From: Synechocystis sp. PCC 6803 substr. PCC-P
Lineage (GTDB): Bacteria > Cyanobacteriota > Cyanobacteriia > Cyanobacteriales > Microcystaceae
NCBI RefSeq assembly: GCF_000284455.1
Contig: NC_017039.1
Coordinates: 270,001 to 302,000 of the forward strand
DNA: 32,000 nucleotides
Direction: 5' to 3'
The number at the start of each line of letters is the position of its first letter. Position 1 is the first letter of the stretch. The translations under genes were made by a program, and so were the position numbers. Below are positions 1-8,493 of the stretch, one piece after another. The notes below the pieces were generated by a model, which saw only the letters and a list, made by a program, of their open reading frames with translations, was not told the DNA's origin and made no database searches.

Positions 1-435
1 ATTCTCAGAATCAAGGGCGATTTTCAGCAGGTCGAAGCCCCGGCGATCGCCCATTTCCCCCAGGGTGGCCACAATGCTCATCTGCAAGAGCCATTCAGGA
101 GTTTCTTCGTAGGCTTTTTGCAAGTCAGGGTAGGCGGCGGTTAATTTTAGCCCCCCAATCACGTCGGCGGCCACCGATTGCACATCAATTTCCGGATCGT
201 TAAACAGCCGATCGCGCAGGAGTTGCAATGATTGTTCCAAATCGGCTTTACCCACCGGATCCAGTTGACTAACAGCGGCATAGCGGATGCGGGGATTGGC
301 ATCGTTAACCAAAGGTTTCAGCAGGGGAAAAGCTTCGGCCGGCTCCAGGGCCCGCAATTGATTCAAGCCCCGGACTTTATCACTAAAATTATCCGAACCC
401 AGTAATGCTTTGATGGCGGTGAGGGAATCACTCAT
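1..435 (-). CDS. HEAT-repeat protein, NblB / phycocyanobilin-lyase-related family (C-terminus lies beyond the window edge)
   Basis: My own translation of the minus strand from ATG at 435-433 is open to position 1. It reads MSDSLTAIKALLGSDNFSDKVRGLNQLRALEPAEAFPLLKPLVNDANPRIRYAAVSQL...DVQSVAADVIGGL...SIVATLGEMGDRRGFDLL. The repeated (D/N)xxxxxR..A...L(G) units are typical of PBS-lyase HEAT repeats. It is absent from the ORF track because it runs off the end. It lies 40 bp downstream of pheA on the same strand. Confidence 0.6.
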   Translation of the reverse strand, partial: MSDSLTAIKALLGSDNFSDKVRGLNQLRALEPAEAFPLLKPLVNDANPRIRYAAVSQLDPVGKADLEQSLQLLRDRLFNDPEIDVQSVAADVIGGLKLTAAYPDLQKAYEETPEWLLQMSIVATLGEMGDRRGFDLLKIALDSEN

Positions 436-475
436 AACAAGATTGGAAAAATCAACTAAGGGCTAGGGTTAGGAA

Positions 476-1369
476 TTAAGACGGGCTGGACCAGCCTGGT
501 GGATGGAAATGCTGGAGGTCTGCCAATTGTAGGACTTTTGTGGGGTAGCTGCCAAAAATTTTAAGCACTTCTGTGTATTGTTTGAGCTTTTCTAGGGCTT
601 CCTGGAGTCTGGGTTCCGTTTGGCTGGCTTCTAAATCCATAAAAAAAACATATTCCCCCAAAGACCTTTTGGTGGGGCGGGATTCAATGCGACTCAGGTT
701 AATATTCCTCTGGGCCAGGAGTTGCAGGGGAGCTACTAGGGCTCCGGGCACATTGCGGGGAACACTAAAGGCAAGGGTGGTATGGCTTCCAGCAAGATAA
801 CCCTCTGAACTGATCGCCCAGAAGCGAGTGCAATTGTCAGGATAATCTTGAATGTCCGTTTGTAGTACAGAAAGATCGAATAGGGTGGCGGCCCTAGGAG
901 AGGCGATCGCCGCCGCTGTGGGGTCATCACCAATAATCTGAATCGCTTCAGTGGTGGAATTGGCCGGCACCAAACTTACCTGGGGAAGATGAGCCCCCAA
1001 CCATTTCTGGCATTGCCCCAGGGCTTGGGGATGGGACACAACCTTGGTTAAATCCGCCAAAAGTTTTCCCCGGCTGAGCAAAACATGGGTAATGGGCAGC
1101 ACTAATTCCTGTTGTATTTTTAAATTTTCCGCCGCCCAAAGGCAGTCCAGGGTAATGGCAATGCCTCCTTCCGTCGAATTCTCCACCGGCACGATCGCCA
1201 CATCCACCAAGCGTTGGGCCGCCGCCTCCAGGGTTTTGCCAATGCTGGGACAGGGAAAAAACTCCACCGCCTGCCCAGTGCGCTCCTGATGCTGTTCCCC
1301 ATAAACCAGGGCGACGGTTTCCGTGTTGGTTCCCCTTGGCCCCAAATGTGCAACGACCAATGGCGGCAT
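476..1369 (-). CDS. pheA: prephenate dehydratase
   Basis: 297-aa ORF with ATG at 1369-1367. It has a PDT catalytic region (VPVENSTEGGI, TRFW) followed by a C-terminal ACT domain carrying the ESRP motif (NLSRIESRPTK). Confidence 0.9.
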   Translation of the reverse strand: MPPLVVAHLGPRGTNTETVALVYGEQHQERTGQAVEFFPCPSIGKTLEAAAQRLVDVAIVPVENSTEGGIAITLDCLWAAENLKIQQELVLPITHVLLSRGKLLADLTKVVSHPQALGQCQKWLGAHLPQVSLVPANSTTEAIQIIGDDPTAAAIASPRAATLFDLSVLQTDIQDYPDNCTRFWAISSEGYLAGSHTTLAFSVPRNVPGALVAPLQLLAQRNINLSRIESRPTKRSLGEYVFFMDLEASQTEPRLQEALEKLKQYTEVLKIFGSYPTKVLQLADLQHFHPPGWSSPS

Positions 1370-1430
1370 AAATTCTCCCCAGGAAAGCTGGTACAGAAAA
1401 TGTTATCATTTTGCAGTGGAATTAGGTTGC

Positions 1431-1502
1431 GCCGAAGTAGCTCAGTGGTAGAGTAGCTGATTCGTAATCAGTTGGCCGTGGGTTCAAATCCCATCTTCGG
1501 CT
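1431..1502 (+). tRNA. tRNA-Thr (anticodon CGU)
   Basis: I folded a 72-nt cloverleaf by hand. Acceptor stem is GCCGAAG/CTTCGGC, D stem GCTC/GAGT, anticodon stem GCTGA/TCAGT with loop TTCGTAA (anticodon CGT). Variable loop is 5 nt, T stem GTGGG/CCCAT with loop TTCAAAT, discriminator T. CCA is not encoded. A T-run (TTTGTTTTTT) follows. Confidence 0.9.
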
Positions 1503-1599
1503 TTGTTTTTTCAGTCCGCCTACACAATTTTCCCTAAATTTGCTCCAGTCTTTTTAGAACAGATAAAAAGTCTAAGCAATTAGGCCTATACTTACTCTA

Positions 1600-3357
1600 A
1601 TGTCGGGTGCTATACCACAAGGCCCTCGACGAATTGACACACTGAAGCGTCGGGAAATTTTAGGCTGTGGGGGCAGTGCAATTATGGCCAGACAGGATTA
1701 CTGGGCTCCGATTCATCGTCATGAACTGGTTCGCTGGATTAAGGGCAGTGGCAGTGCGAGTTTTTGGCAGAATCCCCTCCTACATAATATTCTTTTAAAT
1801 CTTCTGGTAGCTCTGTTTTATGTTGTAGGAATTAGGCTGAGCGACCAGTTAGTTAGCACTCTATTGCCGGGAAGAATTTCCCCTGTTTGGTTTCCTTCTG
1901 CCCTCACCTTTGGTGTGTTTTTTCACTTTGGTCATTGGGTTACCCCCGGCATTATTCTTGGCTCAGTGTTGGGTTTAGTTTCAGTACTTTCTACCTTTGA
2001 TCCGCCCCCTAGTATTGCTCAATTTCTGGTCTTGGAAACAGCTTTTGCCTTTGCCAATACTCTTCAGCCCTTTATAGGGGATCTCTGGCTAAAAAATAAA
2101 CTGATATCAGTTGCCCAAAAGGAATCTGTGACCATTATCAAAGACAGTGACAGCATACAAGAACCGTTGGCTATCCTCAATCCATTCCAAAGGGTTTCCA
2201 CCACCCTTGCGTTTGTTCAGGGGGCCATAATTGGTCCGTTTTTGTCTGCGGTTATTGGTGTTACCACTTTACTTTTAATGGGCATTATTGCTCGGGAAAA
2301 CTTTTTCTATTCCTGGATAACTTGGTGGTCCAATAGTGTGCTGGCAATTATTGTCTTCACACCAGTGTTAATTAATATTCGATTTTATCATTTTCGTCGT
2401 CATCATTTTTTCAACACTAAGCTAGTTATCTCCCTTGTTTTAACTTTTTTGGTTTGGTTTCTATCGTTTTATCATTCCTTCCCCGTCGCCTACATGTTTT
2501 TGCCACTAATTCTATTTGTGGTCTTTCATTTTGGTGACTTCTTTGCCAGTATTTTTGTTGCTTTCTTTGCTTTTTTTGCTATTTTTGCCACTGCCCAAGG
2601 CCAAGGTTTATTCAACCAAGATTCCGGCAATAACTCGATTATATTTCTCCAACTGTTTACGGCGGTCATTTCCATGACAGCATTGTTTTTCTCCGCTATT
2701 ATTCAAGAAAAGAAAATTGCCCAACAATCCCTCTCCCGGGCAGTAAAAAATTTAGAAAATGAAGTGCAGAAAAGAACTGACAAGTTGGCTGCTGCTAACA
2801 AATCCTTGGAATTGGCCAATATTGAACTTAATAAATTAGCCCACATTGACGGTCTAACCCGTATCCCTAACCGTCGTTATTTTGAGCAACAATTTGCTGA
2901 AGAATGGCAGATTTTCCTGGGGAGGGGCAAGAGTCTAACGGTGATGATGGTGGATGTGGACCATTTCAAGCTCTATAACGACCATTATGGCCACAGTCAG
3001 GGAGACATTTGCCTCGCGGAGATTGCCCAAATATTGCAATGCTGTATCCGTCAACCAGGATCTGATTTTGTCGCCCGTTACGGAGGGGAAGAGTTTGTCT
3101 TAGTCTTGCCGGAGGTAGACCAGTTCGGGGCGATCGCCATTGCCCAAAGAATTAAAACTGCCCTACAAACCAGAAATATTTCCCACCACGCAGTTGATCT
3201 GGCCGGCAATGTCACCTGTAGCATTGGCATCGCTGTAGCCCATTCTAGATTTGCCAGTAGCAAGGAAACCTTGCTCAAACAAGCAGACCAAGCTTTGTAT
3301 TGTGCAAAGCAGGCAGGCAGGAATCAATATTTTCTTTTCGACCATGCTGAGGAGTGA
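1600..3357 (+). CDS. diguanylate cyclase: N-terminal polytopic membrane sensor region (MASE1-like, tentative), coiled coil, C-terminal GGDEF domain
   Basis: 585-aa ORF with ATG at 1600. Residues about 60-375 are a run of hydrophobic helices. A coiled-coil linker (NLENEVQKRTDKLAAANKSLELANIELNKLA) follows. The GGDEF domain has DGLTRIPNRRYF, DVDHFKLYND and an intact active-site RYGGEEF. I see no RxxD I-site five residues upstream of GGEEF. An alternative start exists at ATG 1684. Confidence 0.85.
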   Translation: MSGAIPQGPRRIDTLKRREILGCGGSAIMARQDYWAPIHRHELVRWIKGSGSASFWQNPLLHNILLNLLVALFYVVGIRLSDQLVSTLLPGRISPVWFPSALTFGVFFHFGHWVTPGIILGSVLGLVSVLSTFDPPPSIAQFLVLETAFAFANTLQPFIGDLWLKNKLISVAQKESVTIIKDSDSIQEPLAILNPFQRVSTTLAFVQGAIIGPFLSAVIGVTTLLLMGIIARENFFYSWITWWSNSVLAIIVFTPVLINIRFYHFRRHHFFNTKLVISLVLTFLVWFLSFYHSFPVAYMFLPLILFVVFHFGDFFASIFVAFFAFFAIFATAQGQGLFNQDSGNNSIIFLQLFTAVISMTALFFSAIIQEKKIAQQSLSRAVKNLENEVQKRTDKLAAANKSLELANIELNKLAHIDGLTRIPNRRYFEQQFAEEWQIFLGRGKSLTVMMVDVDHFKLYNDHYGHSQGDICLAEIAQILQCCIRQPGSDFVARYGGEEFVLVLPEVDQFGAIAIAQRIKTALQTRNISHHAVDLAGNVTCSIGIAVAHSRFASSKETLLKQADQALYCAKQAGRNQYFLFDHAEE

Positions 3358-3380
3358 ACCAACATCATTCACCGCCCCAG

Positions 3381-3767
3381 TTAGGCATTGGGCGGATTAC
3401 CTATTTTGTTTGGGAAAGACACTTCAAGAACCACACATCCTTCCTCTGTTTTAAAAGGCCCATGAATTTCGCCGGGGGGTCTGCTAGCATAGTGGCCGGT
3501 TTCTAACCACATCTCAAAGGCTTAATCATATAGGCGACCGCTCACGATAAATACCTCTTCGGGATAGTCATGACTTTTGCTTCCCAACGGTGTTGTGTCG
3601 GCCTTGGGAAAAAAGCGGGTTAAACGGGTATATTCACCTGTTTCACCATCGATACTCAGTGTTATTTCTTTGGCCATGCCTTCAAGACCTTCGATGGGAT
3701 GCCACTCGTTTTGATTGTTTGAAGTTAACGGGTTCCAGTAAGTGACGGTTGATTTAGCCATTTTCAT
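3381..3767 (-). pseudogene. cupin-domain protein interrupted by one in-frame TAA (81-aa N-part at 3525-3767, 46-aa C-part at 3384-3521)
   Basis: The track ORF ends ...EEVFIVSGRLYD at TAA (3524-3522). I reverse-complemented the next 141 nt by hand. The same frame continues open as AFEMWLETGHYASRPPGEIHGPFKTEEGCVVLEVSFPNKIGNPPNA, then TAA (3383-3381). Together the two parts make a single-domain cupin of about 128 aa. Confidence 0.6.
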
Positions 3768-3801
3768 GATTCTTTATCTACAATACTTTTGCTAAAAATC
3801 A

Positions 3802-4386
3802 TCACAATTTGCCATAGCGCCAGCCGTCGATGATATCAATCAACTCATTGGACCAAGCATTGGGGTTACGGTCTTGGTAAATGCTCCAGATGGATTGATA
3901 GTACCAAAGAATGCCGGATTTACCCCGATTAAACTTTTGCCAAATTTCATCTCCATGGCGACGTAAATCAATGGCGATGGTGCGGGCATTGTGGAGGTTA
4001 TCTGCCAAGGAAATTTTCAGCACCGCTAGGGAAGCCTGACGCATTTTTTCCAAATGTTCTTGCTTTCGTTGTTCCCAGGGAGGCTTGGGTGTGGTGGTAC
4101 TGTCTGAACAGTCTCGGACTAAAGCCGCCACCGTTCGGCCAAATTGATTTTCGATCATGGCCAGGGTTTCCATGCCCCCTTGGTCTTCCACTGCATCATG
4201 GAGCAAAGCGGCGATCGCCTCATCTTCACTGCCTCCCATTTCCAATACCAGGGCTGTCACCCCCAACAAATGACTGATGTAGGGCACCCGGGAACCTTTG
4301 CGGCATTGTTCGGCGTGTAGTTGGTTGGCCAATACCAGAGCATCACCAAAGCGGGCAGTGAGAGGAGTAGGATTTGATCGATTCAT
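3802..4386 (-). CDS. HD-domain phosphohydrolase, RelA/SpoT-hydrolase-like (small alarmone hydrolase-like)
   Basis: The track ORF starts at TTG 4404; I prefer ATG 4386 (MNRSNPTPL..., 194 aa). The pattern LANQLHAEQCRKGSRVPYISHLLGVTALVLEMGGSEDEAIAALLHDAVED matches the H..Q.RK.G.PYI.H...V...L......AALLHD..ED signature of the SpoT/Rel hydrolase HD domain. No synthetase or regulatory domains follow. Confidence 0.75.
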   Translation of the reverse strand: MNRSNPTPLTARFGDALVLANQLHAEQCRKGSRVPYISHLLGVTALVLEMGGSEDEAIAALLHDAVEDQGGMETLAMIENQFGRTVAALVRDCSDSTTTPKPPWEQRKQEHLEKMRQASLAVLKISLADNLHNARTIAIDLRRHGDEIWQKFNRGKSGILWYYQSIWSIYQDRNPNAWSNELIDIIDGWRYGKL

Positions 4387-4454
4387 GGAAATTACTAATG
4401 CCAATCTTGCTAATCCAGGTAAAGATCCGCTGTAGCTAACTCAAACAAAGGGAA

Positions 4455-4496
4455 GAGGAAGGTGGAAATTAGGTAATTACCTGCTTAAACTTCCTC
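4455..4496 (-). terminator. candidate hairpin terminator downstream of the cofH-like gene
   Basis: The outer 7-bp stem is GAGGAAG (4455-4461) pairing with CTTCCTC (4490-4496). It encloses a perfect 12-bp palindrome AGGTAATTACCT (4471-4482). On the minus strand it begins 6 nt after the stop at 4502-4504 and is followed by TTCCCTTTGTTTGAG. The interior of the stem pairs poorly, so this is weak. Confidence 0.3.
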
Positions 4497-4501
4497 AGGA
4501 T

Positions 4502-5680
4502 TTATTTTAGTCCAATTTTATTTAAATTCGCGTTGAGATGTTCATAGAGGGTAGTGCGTTGTTGATAGGGGCGACCAGTGGAGATGATGGCATTCTGCAG
4601 TTGGGTGGCGGTCAGACAGGTTCCCCCTTTAGCCCCGGCCATGGTGGTGATGTGTTCTTCCATCAGGGTTCCGCCCAAATCATTACAGCCCCATTCCAAA
4701 GCGGTGGTGGCTCCCGTCAGCCCCAGTTTGACCCAGCTTGGTTGGTGATTGACAATCCATTTTCCTAGATACAAACGGGCAATCGCCATAATTTGTAGGG
4801 CTTGATCTAAATCCGGCTGGTCTCTGCCGACCCTTTTCCTCAGGCTAGGGGGCGCTTTTTCCCCCACAAAGGGCAGGAGGATAAATTCAGTAATACTGGC
4901 GGCATAACCTTGGGCTAGACTTGTTTGTTGCCTTTGGCGTAGGCGATCGAGGTGGGTAATAATCTCCTCTGGGGTTTCAACGTGCCCTGCCATGAGGGTA
5001 CTGGTGGTGGGTAAACCGTGGCGATGGGCTAAACCGATGATCTCCAACCAAGTCTGACTATCGATTTTTTCCGGGCAAATAATACGCCTTACCCGGTCCA
5101 CCAATACTTCTGCTGCCGTGCCGGGTAAGGAATCCAACCCAGAGAATTTGAGGGCCATTAACACTTCTCCATAGGTCAAACCATCCTGGCGGGCGATAAA
5201 TTGAATTTCCTGGGGAGAAAAGCCGTGGAGATGGAGCTGGGGAAATTGTCCCTTGATGGTTTCGACTAAGTTGACGTAATAGGCCAAGCTGGAACCATTA
5301 ATTTTTGCCTGGGGATTTAACCCCCCCTGGAGACAAATTTCCGTTGCTCCCTGGGCCACTGCGCCCTTAGTTTTGTTGAAAATTTCCGAGTCGGTTAACC
5401 AGTAGGCTCCCGTTTGTCCGTCATCCCGACGAAAAGCGCAAAAATTACAATGTTGCTCGCAAATATTGGTGAAATTAATGTTGCGATTGACCACATAGGT
5501 GACCGTTTCCCCTACCAATTTCCGCCGTAGGCGATCGCCGTATTGCCGGATCACCTCCCAACCTCCGGGATCATCACATTGCAAGAGTAGCAAACCCTGC
5601 TCAGGAGTCAAATCTTCCAGGGCCAGGGCTTGGGCGGCCAGTTCTTCAATCAGGGTAAGGTTGACGGTAGATAGCACCAT
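4502..5680 (-). CDS. cofH: radical SAM enzyme, CofH-like (FO / 7,8-didemethyl-8-hydroxy-5-deazariboflavin synthase subunit 2 family)
   Basis: 392-aa ORF with ATG at 5680-5678. The radical SAM cluster motif is [10 protein letters not shown], preceded by [15 protein letters not shown]. Length and C-terminal region fit the CofH/MqnC/MqnE clade. I favour CofH because phylloquinone-making cyanobacteria use the men pathway (menG is in this window) rather than futalosine. That step is inference. Confidence 0.65.
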   Translation of the reverse strand: MVLSTVNLTLIEELAAQALALEDLTPEQGLLLLQCDDPGGWEVIRQYGDRLRRKLVGETVTYVVNRNINFTNICEQHCNFCAFRRDDGQTGAYWLTDSEIFNKTKGAVAQGATEICLQGGLNPQAKINGSSLAYYVNLVETIKGQFPQLHLHGFSPQEIQFIARQDGLTYGEVLMALKFSGLDSLPGTAAEVLVDRVRRIICPEKIDSQTWLEIIGLAHRHGLPTTSTLMAGHVETPEEIITHLDRLRQRQQTSLAQGYAASITEFILLPFVGEKAPPSLRKRVGRDQPDLDQALQIMAIARLYLGKWIVNHQPSWVKLGLTGATTALEWGCNDLGGTLMEEHITTMAGAKGGTCLTATQLQNAIISTGRPYQQRTTLYEHLNANLNKIGLK

Positions 5681-5806
5681 TGGCCTGGGTTAGGGAAGGA
5701 AAGATGGGCGGTCTTCCACAGTGTAACCTCAGTTTTGCCCGATGCCTTTTTTCAAATTGGCGATCGCCTGGTTGGGCTCAACTTCAAGCCATTTTCTAAA
5801 CAAGCC

Positions 5807-6283
5807 CTAACAATTTTCGTGGAGAATGAGACGATTTCCCGCTGGATCATAAAGATAAATTTCTCGCCCGTGGCTGGCATAGGTAATGTTGTTTTCAGCG
5901 ATAGGGAGATGGAACTTACCAATGCTGGCGATCGCCGTGGGTAAATCAGCCACTTCTAAACAAAGGCTAAAGCCACTACGGTCAGAACAGGAAAATTCCT
6001 GGGCATGGTCTGGGTGGGGGGAAAAAATTGCCAATACCATCCCTGGCAACTGAAATTCACCATAACGTCCGGGGGAGTAGGGCTGGGGTTCTTGTTCCAG
6101 AAGAGATTGATAAAAAGCCACCACTTCAGCAAAATTAACAGCACCAATGGTGAGAAAAGCTTTTTTGCAGAAAACCATGGCGCTGTGCCCCATTGCTAAC
6201 TTTAGGAGTACGGTTAACTTTGACCGGGTTGCCTCCTCAGAAAATGGCCGGGGCAAAGCAGTCTGACCCCAGCCTAGCGCCAT
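5807..6283 (-). CDS. VOC (glyoxalase/bleomycin-resistance/dioxygenase) family protein
   Basis: The maximal ORF is 158 aa from ATG 6283. The VOC-like core starts near the internal ATG at 6178 (MVFCKKAFLTIGAVNFAEVVAFYQSLL...GREIYLYDPAGNRLILHE, 123 aa), which may be the true start. The beta-alpha-beta-beta-beta pattern and the terminal ..DP.GN...L motif are typical of the family. Confidence 0.6.
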   Translation of the reverse strand: MALGWGQTALPRPFSEEATRSKLTVLLKLAMGHSAMVFCKKAFLTIGAVNFAEVVAFYQSLLEQEPQPYSPGRYGEFQLPGMVLAIFSPHPDHAQEFSCSDRSGFSLCLEVADLPTAIASIGKFHLPIAENNITYASHGREIYLYDPAGNRLILHENC

Positions 6284-6428
6284 CTCTGGGTTAAAATCCT
6301 CTCAGGTCAAGTAATGTTAAGATTGGCCAGAAAAAATGTGGTGCCAATTAGTAACTCGGTTTTGTTTGACCCTAGCTGGCGATCGCCTAGGTGGCCGTAG
6401 CTGACTAGTTTTTCCCCTGTAATTGCAG

Positions 6429-8342
6429 ATGAATAAGACCTTTAACCTCCCTATTGCCCGCTATTTCCAGTCTGGTCTGCCACTGCAACGGTTGCCCCTT
6501 CAGTTTTGGGCGATTTTTCTGATTTTGATGTCGGGGGGAATCGGTCTGGCTTCCACCAATTGGTTGTTGGTTTTGCCCAAAAGTCCCCAATGTAACCGGG
6601 TGTTTTGGCCGGTGGCTTCGGCGTCCATGCGGCTTTACTGTGCCCAGTTATCGGCGGAAGAAAAAACCGTTGATGGGCTGTTGCGGGCCATTAATCTTTT
6701 GGCAGCCTTGCCCAAGGATCATCCCCTGGCGGTGGAGGTGAACCGTAATATTGAAGCCTGGGCCACGGATTTATTGGATTTGGCCGAGGATTTTTTCCAA
6801 AAAGGACTACTGGAAGAGGCGATCGCCGCAGCGGAGAAAATTCCCGACCATGTGCAGGCCTACGACTTGGTGGAGGAAAGGATTGCCGCTTGGCGGGGCC
6901 TTTGGCAGGAAGGGGAAACCATCTATGGCGAAGTGGAAAATGATCTACGCAATTCCCGTTGGAATAGTGCCTTTCGCAATGCGGTGCGTTTGTTGAATCT
7001 GGATAACACCTTTTGGGCTACCACCAAATACGACCAAGCTATCCGCAATATTCAAATTGCCCAGGAGGAAAGTAGTAAATTAGACAATGCCTATCGCATT
7101 CTGCGCCGGGGAGGTACGGATAATTGGCTCAAGGCGATCGAAGATGCGGCCAAAATTCCCAAAGATAGCTACGCCTACCAAGAAGCGCAGAAATTAATCG
7201 CCCAAGCGGTGGATAAATTAACCGGCTCCATTGAAACCATGATTGAGGGTCAAGATTGGCAAACTTTGAACAGTACCCTGAGTCGTTTGCCGGAATCTTA
7301 CTTTCCCGCCCAAGATTTAAATGATTGGCAAATTCTCGCCACAGCCGGTTTGGAAGCTCAAATGGGCACAGTGGAAGGTTTAGGATTGGCCATTACCACC
7401 GCAGAAAAGTTGACGGATAGTAGTCGCCCCTACTATGCCCTCGCCCAGGAACTGGTTAAGGATTGGCGTCAGGAAGAAACTGCTCTACAACAGTTGGCCC
7501 AGGCCCGCAACACCGCTGAAATTGGGACCGTCAGCGCCCTCAACCAGGCGATCGCCCAAGCCAAATTAATTACCCCGGATAACCCCCGTCATCAAGAAGC
7601 GGCCCGGGACATTGCCAACTGGACAGAGCGCATCCAAATTGATGAAGACCGGCCGATTTTGCGGCAGGCAAGGGAATTGGCTAATGGGGGCAATCTAGAA
7701 CAGGCTATTCAGCAAGCGGAACGGATTGGCAGGGGCCGAGCTTTATATTCCGAAGCCCGCCAAAGCATTAATCAATGGCAGGCCACCATCCAGCGTCGCA
7801 TTGACCAACCCATCCTCGACCAGGCGATCGCCTTGGCCAATGCCCAAAATTATGAAGCGGCCATTAGTACCGCCCGTCAAATAGAAGGAAACCGGGCCCT
7901 GTCCGGGGAAGCCCGTCTGCAAATTAGCCGTTGGCAAGCAGAAATTAACGCCCAAAACAACCTGAGGAGGGCCCAGGAATTGGCATCTTCCCGAACCGTG
8001 GATTCCCTTGGCCAGGCGGTGCAACTGATTCGCCAAGTCCCCCGTAGTAGCGATGTTGGTGGTCAAAGGTTGCAGTTGGTCAACAATTGGAGCTATCAAA
8101 TTTTATCCCTAGCCCAGGAACAAGCCCAGTCTGGTAACTACCAGCAGGCTATCCGTGCCCTCCAGCAAATTCCGGCTGAAAGCGCCGCCTATAACAGTGC
8201 CCAAAGCTTTTTGCAGGAATGGCGCAGTTTTAACCAACCTTCCCCGGTTCCCCTTACCCCCGTCGCTCCCCCTGCCCCTAGGGTTGAGTCTCCTTTGTCG
8301 ACGGAATCAGAATTGCCTCCCCTGGAGAGTCCGCAAAATTAA
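6429..8342 (+). CDS. membrane-anchored protein with at least 8 tandem helical repeats of about 45-50 aa and a Pro-rich C-terminal tail; function unknown
   Basis: The track ORF starts at TTG 6423; ATG lies at 6429 (637 aa). There is one N-terminal hydrophobic helix (FWAIFLILMSGGIGLASTNWLLVL). Repeating units have the form L..A..LA..G.....AI..A..I.......Y.EA...I..W. Two examples are LRQARELANGGNLEQAIQQAERIGRGRALYSEARQSINQW and LDQAIALANAQNYEAAISTARQIEGNRALSGEARLQISRW. The tail reads PSPVPLTPVAPPAPRVESPLSTESELPPLESP. Confidence 0.7.
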   Translation: MNKTFNLPIARYFQSGLPLQRLPLQFWAIFLILMSGGIGLASTNWLLVLPKSPQCNRVFWPVASASMRLYCAQLSAEEKTVDGLLRAINLLAALPKDHPLAVEVNRNIEAWATDLLDLAEDFFQKGLLEEAIAAAEKIPDHVQAYDLVEERIAAWRGLWQEGETIYGEVENDLRNSRWNSAFRNAVRLLNLDNTFWATTKYDQAIRNIQIAQEESSKLDNAYRILRRGGTDNWLKAIEDAAKIPKDSYAYQEAQKLIAQAVDKLTGSIETMIEGQDWQTLNSTLSRLPESYFPAQDLNDWQILATAGLEAQMGTVEGLGLAITTAEKLTDSSRPYYALAQELVKDWRQEETALQQLAQARNTAEIGTVSALNQAIAQAKLITPDNPRHQEAARDIANWTERIQIDEDRPILRQARELANGGNLEQAIQQAERIGRGRALYSEARQSINQWQATIQRRIDQPILDQAIALANAQNYEAAISTARQIEGNRALSGEARLQISRWQAEINAQNNLRRAQELASSRTVDSLGQAVQLIRQVPRSSDVGGQRLQLVNNWSYQILSLAQEQAQSGNYQQAIRALQQIPAESAAYNSAQSFLQEWRSFNQPSPVPLTPVAPPAPRVESPLSTESELPPLESPQN

Positions 8343-8493
8343 CCCCTGATAGGACTGTCTTAGCCCTATTTTGGGACGACCGACCAGGAAGATCTCCCCC
8401 TTGTGATAGCTTGGTAAGGCTTTGGCAATCATTGCTTTCCCTAAGCAGTTGCTCTGCTGTCCCCAAACATTAACCAGATTAAAGATTAGCCCT

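Noticed and set aside
948-1409. Long overlapping ORFs antisense to, or out of frame with, strong genes. Examples are 948-1409 and 573-800 over pheA, 8793-9353 over the 355-aa gene, 11019-11498 over usp and 11862-12194 over menG. Others are 19537-19854 and 19977-20249 over crtD, 24036-24404 and 24347-24652 over pfkA, 30103-30399 over ugd, and 31305-31639 over the ubiH-like gene.
   Set aside because: Their products are low-complexity (Gly/Arg/Pro/Ser-rich) with no recognisable motifs. Each lies entirely inside a gene that has clear family signatures on the other strand or frame. These are typical shadow ORFs.
1431-3520. A genomic island integrated at tRNA-Thr, since the AT-rich GGDEF gene follows the tRNA directly.
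   Set aside because: I found no direct repeat of the tRNA 3' end downstream by eye, and no integrase. The low GC of the GGDEF gene is explained by its Phe/Ile/Leu-rich membrane domain.
3522-3524. Recoding (selenocysteine or pyrrolysine) at the in-frame stop of the cupin gene.
   Set aside because: The stop is TAA, not TGA or TAG. I see no SECIS-like hairpin immediately downstream. A plain nonsense mutation or a sequencing error is simpler.
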